Below, in pieces: positions 31,057-41,817 of a stretch of 64,000 bases of DNA. The notes under the pieces were generated by a model, which saw nothing but the letters and a program-made list of their open reading frames with translations, searched no databases and was not told the origin of the DNA. The stretch's first letter is position 1, and each line of letters opens with the position of its first letter. Source of the DNA: Bdellovibrionales bacterium (GTDB lineage Bacteria; Bdellovibrionota; Bdellovibrionia; Bdellovibrionales; UBA1609); contig OZ241329.1 in the NCBI GenBank assembly GCA_965199825.1, positions 672,001 through 736,000 of the forward strand, given 5' to 3'. A program made the translations under genes and the position numbers.

Positions 31057-34008
31057 TTATTGTCCACCATTTTCTTTTTTGCGAACAGAATTAAATAAAG
31101 GCTGCATGGAAGTGAACTTTGAATCGTTCATGTAATTAGAGTCAGTATTAACCATAGTTTCAATAATCTGAATTGAAGGACCCCGTTCTAGGATAATTTC
31201 GCTGTAGTTTCCGTGTTGAAATGCTGACGCAACCGAATCTGTCCAAAGCTGCAAACCTCTTCGAAATTCCACGGTCAGCTCGATCAAAGTGGAAACCTTG
31301 AGTTCAAGAGCGTCTTTAGAGTCCTTATTTTCTGCATTTGAGTCTGACAATACGATGTCCTTACTCGATGGAAAATCATTTCGACAATGTTCATCAGCAA
31401 ACGAATACTGCCAAGGCCAACCAGAAACTTTGGGAAGATCAATTTTTATTTTACTGCAAATAACATTAGCCTCATGGCTAAAATCCACTTTAATCTGACT
31501 CAGTTTGTTTAGATAATTTCTGATGCTTGCTTGCGCAAATCGAATATTAGGATTTTGGTCCACATAACTTTCCAGATAGCCCAAACCAAAAAATCGTACT
31601 AATAAATGCTTCCTTAGTAGAGGGCTCGCATTATTATAAAACTCAAGATAACGTTTCGGATTGCGAGCGATATTTGCCGTAATTTTGGCTTCACGTTCAA
31701 TGATTTCGCTAAAGGAATAGGGGAGCTGAATACCAATTTGGATTGGTTCAAGACGATTCCACTCGATTAACTGATACTTATCGTTATTTCTTCCCAATTT
31801 AACTGCAAGTGATGAATTGAATTCATTGGTTAATTTTTGGGCCATACGAAGTTCGTCATCACTACAGGCGAGAAAAGCAGAGAGAGTTGACTCAAAATCA
31901 TCTTGTTGGGGTGCAAAGTAAACTTTTTTGAACGTCTCATTTGAGACTATTCGTTGTAGGTCCTCATCTTGTTTTTGGTCAACAAATCGAAGAAACATTA
32001 TTGGAGTTAATCCTGCTTCATGAGATTTGTTTATGAATTCCAAATAAATACTTTCATCGAAAGCATCTACTTGTATCATGTCACTATAGTTTTCGGACTG
32101 AAAACGACTTAATTCGTGATCCTTTTTCTGTACTAAATTTATCACATAACGAAATTTTAGTTTGTTTCTATTTTGATCCCCTTCACTTTGTGAGCTGCTC
32201 ATGTGAGAGCGAAACAAATCTCCCACACTATCAACAATTTGAGAAAAAGAGATTTGAGCTGAATAAGGGACATCGTCCGGATTACCGGCGGCATTTCCGT
32301 TTTCCATTCCGAATTGCAAGTCCATGATTGAGAGATCTTCTAAAACACCTTCACGTTTATCCTTTTTGAGGTTGAACCTTTTAAATAAGTGAGACACCGA
32401 AAGTTGTGCTGATGCTAATAGGGTTTTACCTAAATCAATTTTATAATAAGAAGAGTCTTTGTACTTGGCATCGAACAATTGGTCTTTAAATAAATAATTT
32501 CGAAGCAACACGGCCATCAGCCACTCGTAACGATAAAGAACTAAACCATCTGTATCTTGATTGCGCGTGCCTTGCATCAGACGGGTGAGGTATTTGCCAT
32601 CCCACACCGCGGCCTCCATATGATCACTTGTTAACAGCACAGAGAGTTGCGATCCTGTTGGGAGGCGATTCACATAAGGCTCAAGAAGCGCGATCAACAA
32701 CATAGATTCGGCAACACAATTCCCACCCCATCCCATAAACGTAGATGTGAGATTTGGGTAATCCCGTTTGTAGTTATGTAGAACCGAACTAATTGCTAAT
32801 TTTCTAATCTGATCTAATTTTGTTTGATCTAGAAGTTCGTTTCCTACAATACGAGAAACTTGAAATTTCAGTCGTTCATAACCGCCTTGAATAAAGTCCA
32901 TCGCCAAAAAGTCATTTTTATCTCGGTGGTCAATACCTTTATATTTTTCGGTTTGGAAAAATATTAACCCGTAATCGATCTGAGTCTTTTTTTGAATATG
33001 ATCACGGACAGAAGCTACGATCTCTTTAAGATCAGCAAGCTTAAAGTTTGGACGAAAATCTTTGTAATTTTCTAAACCGAAATTGTCTGGAAAGCTGGAA
33101 TCAAAGGAATTCCATAGATTATTTAAAGTAAAAATCGTTGGTTCATAAGTCTCGGTTTTTGTGACCCCATTTTGTTTCTCATCTGCAAGATAAAGTAAAC
33201 TTGATCCCAAGCCTCCCGCATGAAGACCAAGCGAAGCAAATGCGCTCCACTGCAATCTTGACCGATTTTTTAAAAATGGGCTAATCGATTTGAAACCGCG
33301 AATCAGTTTTGCAGGCACTGCTACTCGACTGATTTTTGATAAATTTGGCAACTGAAATAGCGATTTGCCTTTCAAAGCTACTGGGCCAGCAACTGTAGCA
33401 GCCAAAAGATCAAAAACAAAGCTAACAACCGTTGCAGATTTCTGAAATGAAATTCCTGACACAAGTTCACTCGCAGCTTGTCGGACCTCAGAGTTTTGAT
33501 TTTTTAAAAACGGCGCAGCGATGACAAGTGTTAGATTATAATCTTGATCCGTTGTTAAAATATAAACAGCTGCCATTTGTAAGATAAATTTTAGACGTTG
33601 ATTGAGGTCTGGAAATCTTTTTTCAGATATCAATACAGTGTCTAAGAACTGGCTTCGAGTTCCATTAAGATTGAGGCTCCCACGTGCACTTGGAAAATGA
33701 TGAATCCCCGCCCATTTATAATAGTATTTTGCGAGATACCCCTCACTTTGTGCAATGGAACCAAAAATTTCTTCTGTGGTTTTAAAATGACCGGACTCGA
33801 TGGCGTCGGACCATACTTTTAAAAAAGTTTGAATATAAGCTTTGTTGGCAAGTTGTTCTGGATCGTATGCTGTATCGTGACCCTCAAAATCTGCTGCGAT
33901 AATGCCTTGGAAGAACGTGTGCGTGGTCTGCAGCTGCAAGTACGTATCAACCTGTGAAGCTTTAGCGGCACCGACTGATAATAGGCATAAAAAGACAATG
34001 ATCTGCAT
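31057..34008 (-). CDS. Large secreted protein with a transglutaminase/papain-like Cys-His-Asp region
   Basis: Signal MQIIVFLCLLSVGAAKA; GGNCVAESMLL ... SDHMEAAVWD; two internal hydrophobic stretches. Confidence 0.65.
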   Translation of the reverse strand: MQIIVFLCLLSVGAAKASQVDTYLQLQTTHTFFQGIIAADFEGHDTAYDPEQLANKAYIQTFLKVWSDAIESGHFKTTEEIFGSIAQSEGYLAKYYYKWAGIHHFPSARGSLNLNGTRSQFLDTVLISEKRFPDLNQRLKFILQMAAVYILTTDQDYNLTLVIAAPFLKNQNSEVRQAASELVSGISFQKSATVVSFVFDLLAATVAGPVALKGKSLFQLPNLSKISRVAVPAKLIRGFKSISPFLKNRSRLQWSAFASLGLHAGGLGSSLLYLADEKQNGVTKTETYEPTIFTLNNLWNSFDSSFPDNFGLENYKDFRPNFKLADLKEIVASVRDHIQKKTQIDYGLIFFQTEKYKGIDHRDKNDFLAMDFIQGGYERLKFQVSRIVGNELLDQTKLDQIRKLAISSVLHNYKRDYPNLTSTFMGWGGNCVAESMLLIALLEPYVNRLPTGSQLSVLLTSDHMEAAVWDGKYLTRLMQGTRNQDTDGLVLYRYEWLMAVLLRNYLFKDQLFDAKYKDSSYYKIDLGKTLLASAQLSVSHLFKRFNLKKDKREGVLEDLSIMDLQFGMENGNAAGNPDDVPYSAQISFSQIVDSVGDLFRSHMSSSQSEGDQNRNKLKFRYVINLVQKKDHELSRFQSENYSDMIQVDAFDESIYLEFINKSHEAGLTPIMFLRFVDQKQDEDLQRIVSNETFKKVYFAPQQDDFESTLSAFLACSDDELRMAQKLTNEFNSSLAVKLGRNNDKYQLIEWNRLEPIQIGIQLPYSFSEIIEREAKITANIARNPKRYLEFYNNASPLLRKHLLVRFFGLGYLESYVDQNPNIRFAQASIRNYLNKLSQIKVDFSHEANVICSKIKIDLPKVSGWPWQYSFADEHCRNDFPSSKDIVLSDSNAENKDSKDALELKVSTLIELTVEFRRGLQLWTDSVASAFQHGNYSEIILERGPSIQIIETMVNTDSNYMNDSKFTSMQPLFNSVRKKENGGQ

Positions 34009-34161
34009 AAGTTCTCCCCATATTCGGATTTGCAAATTGAAAGCCTCTTGATTGCGAGCACTTGTACAATAAATTTAAATGGTTAGTATCGAGTAAATCC
34101 CGTGTGACAAAAATTGTTTGACGTTGAAATAAGCTTTAGACACAAAAAATAAGGGGGTTTT

Positions 34162-34761
34162 ATGAAGAGGTATTCGAAACAGATTACGTTAGCATTGGTA
34201 GGAGCAGCTTTGATTGTTTTTTTATGTAAACAAAAAATGATGGAGACGCAGAATTCGAGTTATAACTCAAGTCCAGGCACCGAGCCACACTGCCTAAAGG
34301 ACAACAGCAATTCAGTAATTAATTTTGCTGCTTTTGTAGATCCTCTTATTGTAGCACAAAATGATCCAAAAATACGTCAATTAGAATTTAGAACAGTAGT
34401 AGTTTCGAATCGCGAAATTGATTCTATTTTAGGTATCATCGAAATAGATCTTCCGGGCGAAGAGAGTTGCACAGGTCCATCTACATCTCGTTATCCATAC
34501 CCATCTGCCACATCATTTGAATATCAATCTCAATCGGCTAGTGGCGACAGGAATTGTTACAATCAAATTGCGCATTACTTTGTCTTTGAAGTTGAACTCA
34601 ATGACGGAAAGAAAATTGCGCGTTATCGCACTGGCGATTATCGTTACAATGGCGGAGATATCAACTCAGTCTGGCAAACACAAAATGATAGCAGAGACAT
34701 GTTGAGCCGGCTGCAATCGGTGGTCAATATCGCTTATAAAGTAAGAGATCGATGCAATTGA
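34162..34761 (+). CDS. Hypothetical exported protein
   Basis: N-terminal TM or signal; GGGGG RBS. Confidence 0.7.
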   Translation: MKRYSKQITLALVGAALIVFLCKQKMMETQNSSYNSSPGTEPHCLKDNSNSVINFAAFVDPLIVAQNDPKIRQLEFRTVVVSNREIDSILGIIEIDLPGEESCTGPSTSRYPYPSATSFEYQSQSASGDRNCYNQIAHYFVFEVELNDGKKIARYRTGDYRYNGGDINSVWQTQNDSRDMLSRLQSVVNIAYKVRDRCN

Positions 34762-34839
34762 TATCGCGATCCTACCCAAAACCCAAACCTTTGAAGAGGT
34801 AGGAGATCAATATGGCTGGCTTCATGCTATTCTTCACTG

Positions 34840-36222
34840 ATGCAAAATATTTTTTTTATTTTTATTTTATGCAGTTCCTTCAGCTTTGCGGCTGATAACG
34901 GAAGCGGGACATCGCCCTTCACACCACAAGAAATCAAACAACGAGATCAAATCTTAAATCAAAAAAAAATTGCTTTCGTGATTGGCGGTGGTGGTGAGCC
35001 AGCAGGAGATAAAACGTTATTCGACACATCACTTCAAAATACTCTGCGCGCGCTCAAGGAAAGTAGCTATACCACTTTAGCAAGTTTTAATGGGGGCCAC
35101 GCCAACACCGAAGCTATTTTAAACAATCAATTGCCCTCAGAGTTTTCAACCTTTACCAATCAAAATGTGTTGAGTCAGATTCATATTCTTGAATCTGTTA
35201 TACAAAAAAATCAGCTTGCTTCGGGTGCTCAGTTGATTATTTTTATAAATGGCCATGGATTTCCAAAAGCCGATTCGGATTTGTCTCACCAAATAGCAAC
35301 TGACGAAACTCCAAATAAAAATTTCCCGGTCGATGCGCTCACAAATCTGCAGGCTTTGGCCAAGAGCAAAAAAATCAAACTCGCCATCATAGATCAAGGT
35401 TGTTATTCGGGAGCTACCCAAGTGCTTGCAGACGACAACACCTGCGTCATCTCGGCAGCTTCGGCAACAACTGTTGCATATTCCGATTTTGGTCAAAAAT
35501 TTGGCCAAGCGATGAAACCCGGAAAATCTTTAGAAGATGTTTTTCTCGAAACCCGGCGTGATTTAAAGCAACCAGGTCTGCCCGAAATAAGCACTCCTGC
35601 AGGAGAAGCCGCCATAAATTCAGTGAGCCAACTTCAGATCAATCTAGAGTCTTATGTTGGTGATGTTAAAAAACAATGTGATCCAATGAACCAAACTCAG
35701 TTGAGCAAAAATATTTCGGCGGTGATGGCTGCGGTTCAAACTGAAGTTCCAATGTCGAGACTCGAATCCTTCACACTTAAACGTCAATTTGAAATCAATC
35801 TTGCTTCTTACCAAAAAGCCCATCAAGAGGCGATCGAGCTTGCAAATTTTGCCGAAGAAGAAATTAAATTAGATCAACTTGAAGTGAGTCACCGTGATCT
35901 AGCCGAACTCGAATCACTTGTAAGGTTGGCAAAAAATAAGATCAATAAACTGGAGAAACCTGAGAGCAATTATTTCGCCTCCATCGTTGCTGGAGAAGAT
36001 CGTTTAAGAGCCGAGCGCAGTCGACTAATCGAAAACGATCCAAAATTTAAAAATTATGTTGAAAAAACTAAGAGCGATCCATTTCATCTCTCGCAAGTCG
36101 ATCAGAAGTTGTATGATCTTGCATCACAAATTTCTCCGACAGAACGCAAAATCTACGACATCGAATATCGAAACAATCTTAAAAAAGAAAGCAAATCCGC
36201 ATGCTCCGATTTTATACTTTAG
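34840..36222 (+). CDS. Secreted clan CD (caspase/legumain-like) cysteine peptidase
   Basis: IFINGHG (His) and IIDQGCYSG (Cys) dyad; signal ..SFA. Confidence 0.7.
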   Translation: MQNIFFIFILCSSFSFAADNGSGTSPFTPQEIKQRDQILNQKKIAFVIGGGGEPAGDKTLFDTSLQNTLRALKESSYTTLASFNGGHANTEAILNNQLPSEFSTFTNQNVLSQIHILESVIQKNQLASGAQLIIFINGHGFPKADSDLSHQIATDETPNKNFPVDALTNLQALAKSKKIKLAIIDQGCYSGATQVLADDNTCVISAASATTVAYSDFGQKFGQAMKPGKSLEDVFLETRRDLKQPGLPEISTPAGEAAINSVSQLQINLESYVGDVKKQCDPMNQTQLSKNISAVMAAVQTEVPMSRLESFTLKRQFEINLASYQKAHQEAIELANFAEEEIKLDQLEVSHRDLAELESLVRLAKNKINKLEKPESNYFASIVAGEDRLRAERSRLIENDPKFKNYVEKTKSDPFHLSQVDQKLYDLASQISPTERKIYDIEYRNNLKKESKSACSDFIL

Positions 36223-36527
36223 TTATTTTTTTACTCCTCCATTCCGTCGCCTTCGCAACCGAAAAATATCGAGTGGTCGGACAACTCAAAAAAGGATCAC
36301 AGATTGTCGTTTTTGAAAAAACAATAAGTGAAAGAACTCTCGAAATCGTTTTTCCAAAAAACGTAAAGCGCGGAAAGCTCATGGCCGCGGCACAAATACT
36401 TTCGAATTCGACCGTCGAAGCTCTGGGCACGATCCATCAGCAATCTCTTGAGATCGAATCTCTTAAAAAAGGAGTTCCTGATCCTTTGCATGCCGGCAAT
36501 GGTTCGGGGATGTGGAAGGTGAAGTAG
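36201..36527 (+). CDS. Small secreted hypothetical protein
   Basis: Signal ..SVAFA. Confidence 0.6.
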   Translation: MLRFYTLVIFLLLHSVAFATEKYRVVGQLKKGSQIVVFEKTISERTLEIVFPKNVKRGKLMAAAQILSNSTVEALGTIHQQSLEIESLKKGVPDPLHAGNGSGMWKVK

Positions 36528-36622
36528 GCTCGCATAGAGTAAAAATTTCGACTTAATCTATAAAGCGTCTAAAAAGGATCTAAATTAAGGTGATTCCGCA
36601 GCCTCAATGGTAAGTGTGAACA

Positions 36623-37348
36623 ATGGTATTCATTAAAGTTCTCCTTTTGACCTTTTCATTTTCTTTTGTCCAAGCACAAACTCTCACGAAGGAACAGTGG
36701 CGTGGATTTTTAATTCACACCTACCCACAACTTAATCAATCGATTGATGATTTAAAAATCAATATGGATTTTGTTTCGAAAGCGATTGCCCAGTATAAAA
36801 TTTTGTCTCAAGCCAAATTGGTGAGCGACTCAAAAATTGCATCTCTAGCGAAGCGAGTTCGGGGTGAGAAAGATTTAGAAGCCGAAGTTGTCAAAACCGC
36901 TTTTAATGTTGGAGCAATATACCTTGCAGAGCTAACTGACCCTTCGGTTTTGCCATTGACTCCCATTCAAAATATGATGGTACAGGACATAATTGAAACT
37001 GTGGAGCGGCCAGCAAACCTCCATTTTTCGGAGAAGGAAACTGCGGCATTCTTAAATAGTCCATTAGGCACATTTATGTATCTGTTTCAAACGCTCTTAG
37101 CGGTCTCGCTGACCGATGAACAGTTGGACCGCGTCTCAGAAAACTTGAAGTTTGCCATTCGTGAACTCATGCCGGCACATAATCTGTATTTTGAGCGATG
37201 CAAGCTTGTTTTAGAAAAGGAAACCGCGGCTCAATTGACTTTTACCGGTAGTATGAATTTTCAACTTTTGGGTCAAGTTATGAAAAACCGACGGGAACAA
37301 GTTAGACCTCAGGTAAACGCCTTTTTAAAATCAGTCGAAAATAAATAG
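36623..37348 (+). CDS. Secreted helical hypothetical protein
   Basis: Signal ..FVQA; 241 aa. Confidence 0.7.
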   Translation: MVFIKVLLLTFSFSFVQAQTLTKEQWRGFLIHTYPQLNQSIDDLKINMDFVSKAIAQYKILSQAKLVSDSKIASLAKRVRGEKDLEAEVVKTAFNVGAIYLAELTDPSVLPLTPIQNMMVQDIIETVERPANLHFSEKETAAFLNSPLGTFMYLFQTLLAVSLTDEQLDRVSENLKFAIRELMPAHNLYFERCKLVLEKETAAQLTFTGSMNFQLLGQVMKNRREQVRPQVNAFLKSVENK

Positions 37349-37475
37349 TAACTACTTATTGCACGTAATTTAAAATCATTGCTTTTTCATTGGGCAGTAG
37401 ACCCCTATTTTAAGGTTACTTCGTTACATTCTGAGCAGCTTGAAGATTTAGTTGCTGGACAACCAATTTCATCTA

Positions 37476-38471
37476 CTACTTTGTCGGGGGCCAGCTTAAA
37501 TGTTTCAAAGCGTCGTCTAAGCCGAGCTTATGATTCTGATATTTCGGAATAATATCAGAGAGCGGAACGCCTAGGTCTTGAAAAATTCCAACCAAATTCT
37601 GAGTGACTTGGTCTTTCAAATCCTCTGTCAAAGCCCTTTGCTTCATGAGTCGTTGAGTAAATTCGGTTCCATAACGTTGTTCTAAGAGATCGACTACTAA
37701 TTTTGAATTTCCAGTCAGAACCGCCTCTTGAAAAATCTTAAAAATCTCAAAATAATTTTTGTGCTGAGCTTGCGCAAGATCTGAAATTATTTTGTCGATC
37801 AAAGTGACTTCATAATGTCCTAAAAAAAATCGAAACCCAGCTATGCTTTTCAGAGATTGGCATCGAGGCCAATAATATTTATTTATAAATAGCTCTGTTA
37901 AAGAGGTTATTCCTTCGTTCAAAGCCTGACCAACTATCTCCAATTTGTTTTTGGAAAATTTTAATCCCGTACTCCCACTAATAAATTGGTTATCCCAATG
38001 ATCCAGTACAGTTACCGAATCTTGTACCGAATGAATCATCTCATGCAGCAAAACATTGTATCGGTATTCAATTGTTTCAGACCAAAGGACATCGGTCCAA
38101 CCCGTTCGAGAATGATAGCGTCCATCAAAATTAGCATCAATAGGCAGCAAAAATCTTGTACTTTCAAAACCACTGAGCCTGCGTGCGAAATCAAAGTTCA
38201 AATCTTTGCCAAATTCGATCAGACTTTTTTCGATGGCCTTTATTTTCTTTATGTCACTCCATGAAGGAGTGACAAGTTTTGCACGCTCTTTAATAGACAA
38301 GATTTTAAAACCCAATAATTTTTTGCATTTTGGGATAGCGATATCGATATAGCGATCTTTGCCAAAGGTCTTATAATTAATTCGATTAGGCCCAAGCACC
38401 CGGAGCGGCTCTGCAAAGCTTTTAGTGCCTGCTAAGCCGAATACTAAAAATAGAATAAAGAATTGGATCAC
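37476..38471 (-). CDS. Secreted zinc metallopeptidase-like protein (HExxH), paralog 1
   Basis: VLLHEMIH and downstream ALNEG (gluzincin-like third ligand). Confidence 0.75.
   Translation of the reverse strand: MIQFFILFLVFGLAGTKSFAEPLRVLGPNRINYKTFGKDRYIDIAIPKCKKLLGFKILSIKERAKLVTPSWSDIKKIKAIEKSLIEFGKDLNFDFARRLSGFESTRFLLPIDANFDGRYHSRTGWTDVLWSETIEYRYNVLLHEMIHSVQDSVTVLDHWDNQFISGSTGLKFSKNKLEIVGQALNEGITSLTELFINKYYWPRCQSLKSIAGFRFFLGHYEVTLIDKIISDLAQAQHKNYFEIFKIFQEAVLTGNSKLVVDLLEQRYGTEFTQRLMKQRALTEDLKDQVTQNLVGIFQDLGVPLSDIIPKYQNHKLGLDDALKHLSWPPTK
37486..37541. repeat. 56-bp direct repeat, copy 1 (pair with 38563..38618)
   Basis: GGGGGCCAGCTTAAATGTTTCAAAGC[G/A]TCGTCTAAGCCGAGCTTATGATTCTGATA, 55/56 identical. 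Confidence 0.95.
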
Positions 38472-38543
38472 TTTAGACCACTACCTTTGGGCTTTGCATG
38501 AACTTCATCGATTTACATTGCAATTATTAAGCCCCTCAGTCCT

Positions 38544-39506
38544 TTACTTTGACTCCTTTGCAGGGGGCCAGCTTAAATGTTTCAAAGCATCGTCTAAGCC
38601 GAGCTTATGATTCTGATAGCCTGATTCAATATCTTCTTTTGGAATGTTAAGTTCAAAAGCCAATCGGAATTCAGCATCAGCTTGTTGGTGCATCAGGCGA
38701 TCAACAAAATCTTTTCCATATCGATTTTCTATCAAACTTCGCACCTGACTTGAGTCGCCAATAAGCATCGCTTCAATAAATATATTAAAAATTTCTAAAT
38801 AGTTCTTTTGCTGAGCTTGAGCGATGTCTAAGATGATTTTGTCGACGATTAAGATTTCAGCTCTATTATATGAAATACGTGAGCCCGCAATATTTTTTAG
38901 CGATGCAACCCGAGTCCAATAGTGCGTGCTAATAAATGTCTCGGTCAAACCTGTAAGCCCCTCGTGCAACAGTTCACCAAATTTTTCTAAATCTTTTGCG
39001 ATGGTCATTAGGCCCAGGACTGCACCTATAAATTCATGATTTCGGCCATCTATTACGATCACAGATTTTTGTACCGAATGAATCATTTCGTGGAGCAAGA
39101 CTAAGTATCGAAAACTGAGCGCCTCAGACCAAAGAGCATAAATCCAACCATCTTCAGGAGTATACACACCCGGATTTTCGGGATCGCATTCACGCAAAAA
39201 TTTTATGCTTTTAAGACCGTTGAGTCGGCGCGAGAAATCAAAATTTAAATCATTACCAAACTCAATGAGGCTTGCTTCGATGGCCTTAATCTTTTCGGTT
39301 TCATCAGATGTTGGTGCTGTTAATTTTGCCCGCTCTTCATCAGTTAATAAGAGTTCGTTACACTTGGGAATCTTGATATCAACAAACTCGTTTTTGCCTA
39401 AAGTCTTGATTTGGAAGCAATTGGGCTCAAGCAAGCGCAGTGGCCGCGCAAAGCTCGATGAAGCCACTAGGGTTATTATCAACAGTATGAGTCTCGATCG
39501 AATCAC
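38544..39506 (-). CDS. Secreted zinc metallopeptidase-like protein (HExxH), paralog 2
   Basis: VLLHEMIHSVQ, LLHEG; colinear with 37476..38471. Confidence 0.75.
   Translation of the reverse strand: MIRSRLILLIITLVASSSFARPLRLLEPNCFQIKTLGKNEFVDIKIPKCNELLLTDEERAKLTAPTSDETEKIKAIEASLIEFGNDLNFDFSRRLNGLKSIKFLRECDPENPGVYTPEDGWIYALWSEALSFRYLVLLHEMIHSVQKSVIVIDGRNHEFIGAVLGLMTIAKDLEKFGELLHEGLTGLTETFISTHYWTRVASLKNIAGSRISYNRAEILIVDKIILDIAQAQQKNYLEIFNIFIEAMLIGDSSQVRSLIENRYGKDFVDRLMHQQADAEFRLAFELNIPKEDIESGYQNHKLGLDDALKHLSWPPAKESK
38563..38618. repeat. 56-bp direct repeat, copy 2
   Basis: Direct alignment to 37486..37541. Confidence 0.95.
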
Positions 39507-39598
39507 GACAGCGCTTTATCCTTAAAAATGTATTTTGGCTCAAATGATTTTGCAAAATAGAAGCCTTTAAATAACGGCAAAAGGCCCTTGAGGCACAA

Positions 39599-40666
39599 TC
39601 AAATTTTGGTCTTGAGCAAATTCTCGCATTGATCATAACGCCTAAGATTTCGGCTGTAGTGACTCTCACTCATTGCGATTTCGAGCAGTTTTAAAGAGGA
39701 AAGAATTTGTGGGATTTTGTATTCCCTTTCGAGATGATTTTCATTCAGTAAATTTTTTTTAAGAACTTCGAATTCGTTTTTGATCACTGTCGCAATTGCT
39801 GCAAAATCTCCGGCCATGGGATCGACTTCGATATTTGCTTGCATAAAAACTCGACTATTCACCAGTCGATTAAGAGGTATTAGCAGGGTTTTCGCCTGTA
39901 AAACAATTTGAAGTTTATCAAACAGAAGTTCCTGTGAAAATCCATTCCGGGCCAGCAACAAAATGTTGATAAACAAAACTTGAAATACGGTTTCTTCTTT
40001 AAAACAGGTTTCGATATTCTTCATTAATTGGGCCACCCTCTGATAAAACAAATTTTGGTTATACCAAATCTTTTCTTGAATCATCGAGCCATTTAAAAAA
40101 TAAAGATAAAGCGCCGTCGCTTTGGGCTCAATGTAAGAATTTTTAAGGAGCAAAGTCAAAAAATCATCCTCGATGGCTTTGCTCAAAACTTGCAAATTAA
40201 TCTGATCATTTTTATTTATGTTTTCAAGAAGTTCGAGAATCCAATTCGTCTGAGCTTCACTCCATGAGTAAATAAAGGGGTATTCCACATGGATATCTGG
40301 AGAAATAAGATTGAATAGGATGGCCCTAAAAATATCAGAACGGTCTCGTAGACGACGCAAAGGATGGGATTCCAGCGGTGATTGATCCGGCCCATCAGAA
40401 TATTTTAAATCAAAAAATTCAAACAGATTTCCAGGATCATCATCAACCAGCGAAATGGTTTTAAATGAATCAAATCGACGTCGCATAAAAACAAACTTTT
40501 TTTCTACTGAATCTAGAGATTCGTAACCAAGCAACAAAACTTTTAAAATGATCCGCTTTGCCTCTATGGACAATTCTGCAGCTTTTTCAAAACGCGGCGA
40601 ATAGACTGACTGGGCATTCACAAAACAAGATCCTGCTAGTAACAGCCATAAATAAATATAACCCAC
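39599..40666 (-). CDS. Secreted helical ORFan, paralog of 43199..44236
   Basis: Shared LKVL..G, P.NLF.F, LYF, F.EE.V, LNR motifs; C-terminal CENLL. Confidence 0.7.
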   Translation of the reverse strand: MGYIYLWLLLAGSCFVNAQSVYSPRFEKAAELSIEAKRIILKVLLLGYESLDSVEKKFVFMRRRFDSFKTISLVDDDPGNLFEFFDLKYSDGPDQSPLESHPLRRLRDRSDIFRAILFNLISPDIHVEYPFIYSWSEAQTNWILELLENINKNDQINLQVLSKAIEDDFLTLLLKNSYIEPKATALYLYFLNGSMIQEKIWYNQNLFYQRVAQLMKNIETCFKEETVFQVLFINILLLARNGFSQELLFDKLQIVLQAKTLLIPLNRLVNSRVFMQANIEVDPMAGDFAAIATVIKNEFEVLKKNLLNENHLEREYKIPQILSSLKLLEIAMSESHYSRNLRRYDQCENLLKTKI

Positions 40667-40918
40667 AACTTTTCCTCACCAAATTGATAGGGGGTGCTTT
40701 ACCAAATAAAACAAATTTGTACACATTTTTATTCCGAACGCGATTACTAGATTATCGTCGCCTTTTCAGATTACTTCAAAAAGACTGCTTACTGTTTAAA
40801 CCAATTTCATTTTGAATTTGAGGTGGGCCAATCATTCATACGGCTGGTGTGTCGATAGGCATTAAAAGAATTTACAACTCTCTTGATCAAGATAACTTTG
40901 AACTGTAAGCGACTAGCT

Positions 40919-41584
40919 ATGCTAATAAAAATTTCTTTAATTTTTTGTGTTTATCTAACCCCTGGTTTTGCAAAAGAGGTGACTCTCTCAACAAACGAAG
41001 GGCGTCGTTTTCAAATCCACCTCGGTGAGAGTTATCAGTGGTTGAGTGGAGATAAGATTAAAAACCAAATCCCCGCGGTATTGGACCCTTTTTTTGAAAT
41101 TGAGTTGGTGGCGATCGAGAGAATATTAGCATTGACTGGGCAAGTGCACTTTCGGGTCAGAACTCTGCCGATAAGTGTTTTAAGAGATCCCGAATATATC
41201 GTCTACGTCGCAATTGAGATGGCCGATTATATTAACCAAACCATTGAACTCTCAAGAAGGCTGATTTCGGTTCAAAATCGAATTGCGATGATGACGCTAG
41301 TTTTAGACTTTTTGAGTGATCAATTTGAAATCATCGATCGACCACTGGTCAAACCACTCACCAACGGCTTTATTGCAAATTATCATGCCTCTCAAACCGA
41401 CAAATATGTGCGCAGGAAATTTTGGGCAAGTTTGTCAAAAAGTCTGGGGTTTATTGATCCTAAAATTTTTAAAAGCAATAGGTCAGACAAGTTTGTTTTG
41501 ATGCTGAGACAGATTTACAATCCTTACGGCCTTTTTTTTGGGAAGCCGTCTGGATGTCAGCTGCAATTGAGTCTAAAACCTTAA
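40919..41584 (+). CDS. Secreted ORFan, paralog of 30404..31054
   Basis: Signal ..PGFA; motif similarity; C-terminal GCQLQL. Confidence 0.7.
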   Translation: MLIKISLIFCVYLTPGFAKEVTLSTNEGRRFQIHLGESYQWLSGDKIKNQIPAVLDPFFEIELVAIERILALTGQVHFRVRTLPISVLRDPEYIVYVAIEMADYINQTIELSRRLISVQNRIAMMTLVLDFLSDQFEIIDRPLVKPLTNGFIANYHASQTDKYVRRKFWASLSKSLGFIDPKIFKSNRSDKFVLMLRQIYNPYGLFFGKPSGCQLQLSLKP

Positions 41585-41817
41585 TTTGAAGAACCAACTT
41601 CTGATCCTATTTAAATTATTTTAATAGACCAGCATAAAACGGCCATGAGCAATAGCGTCACTCAGGCCTCCAACCAATACCCAATAGGGCGAGTCGAGTG
41701 GCGATTTTGACTCCAAAGTAATGGGTTTCGCCAAAAAATTAAAATGATTTTATCTGATGATCTTGGATCGAATTTTTTTATTTACAGCACCCGCTGAGTT
41801 GTTATTGAAGTATCCAA

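Noticed and set aside
34757..34812. Imperfect hairpin CCTACC...GGTAGG as a recombination site
   Set aside because: Single occurrence, short arms and no matching copy elsewhere
34813..34828. TGGCTGGCTTCATGCT as a sigma54 promoter
   Set aside because: It fits GG-N10-GC but is equally explained by an extended -10 (TGCTATTCT); cannot be decided from sequence
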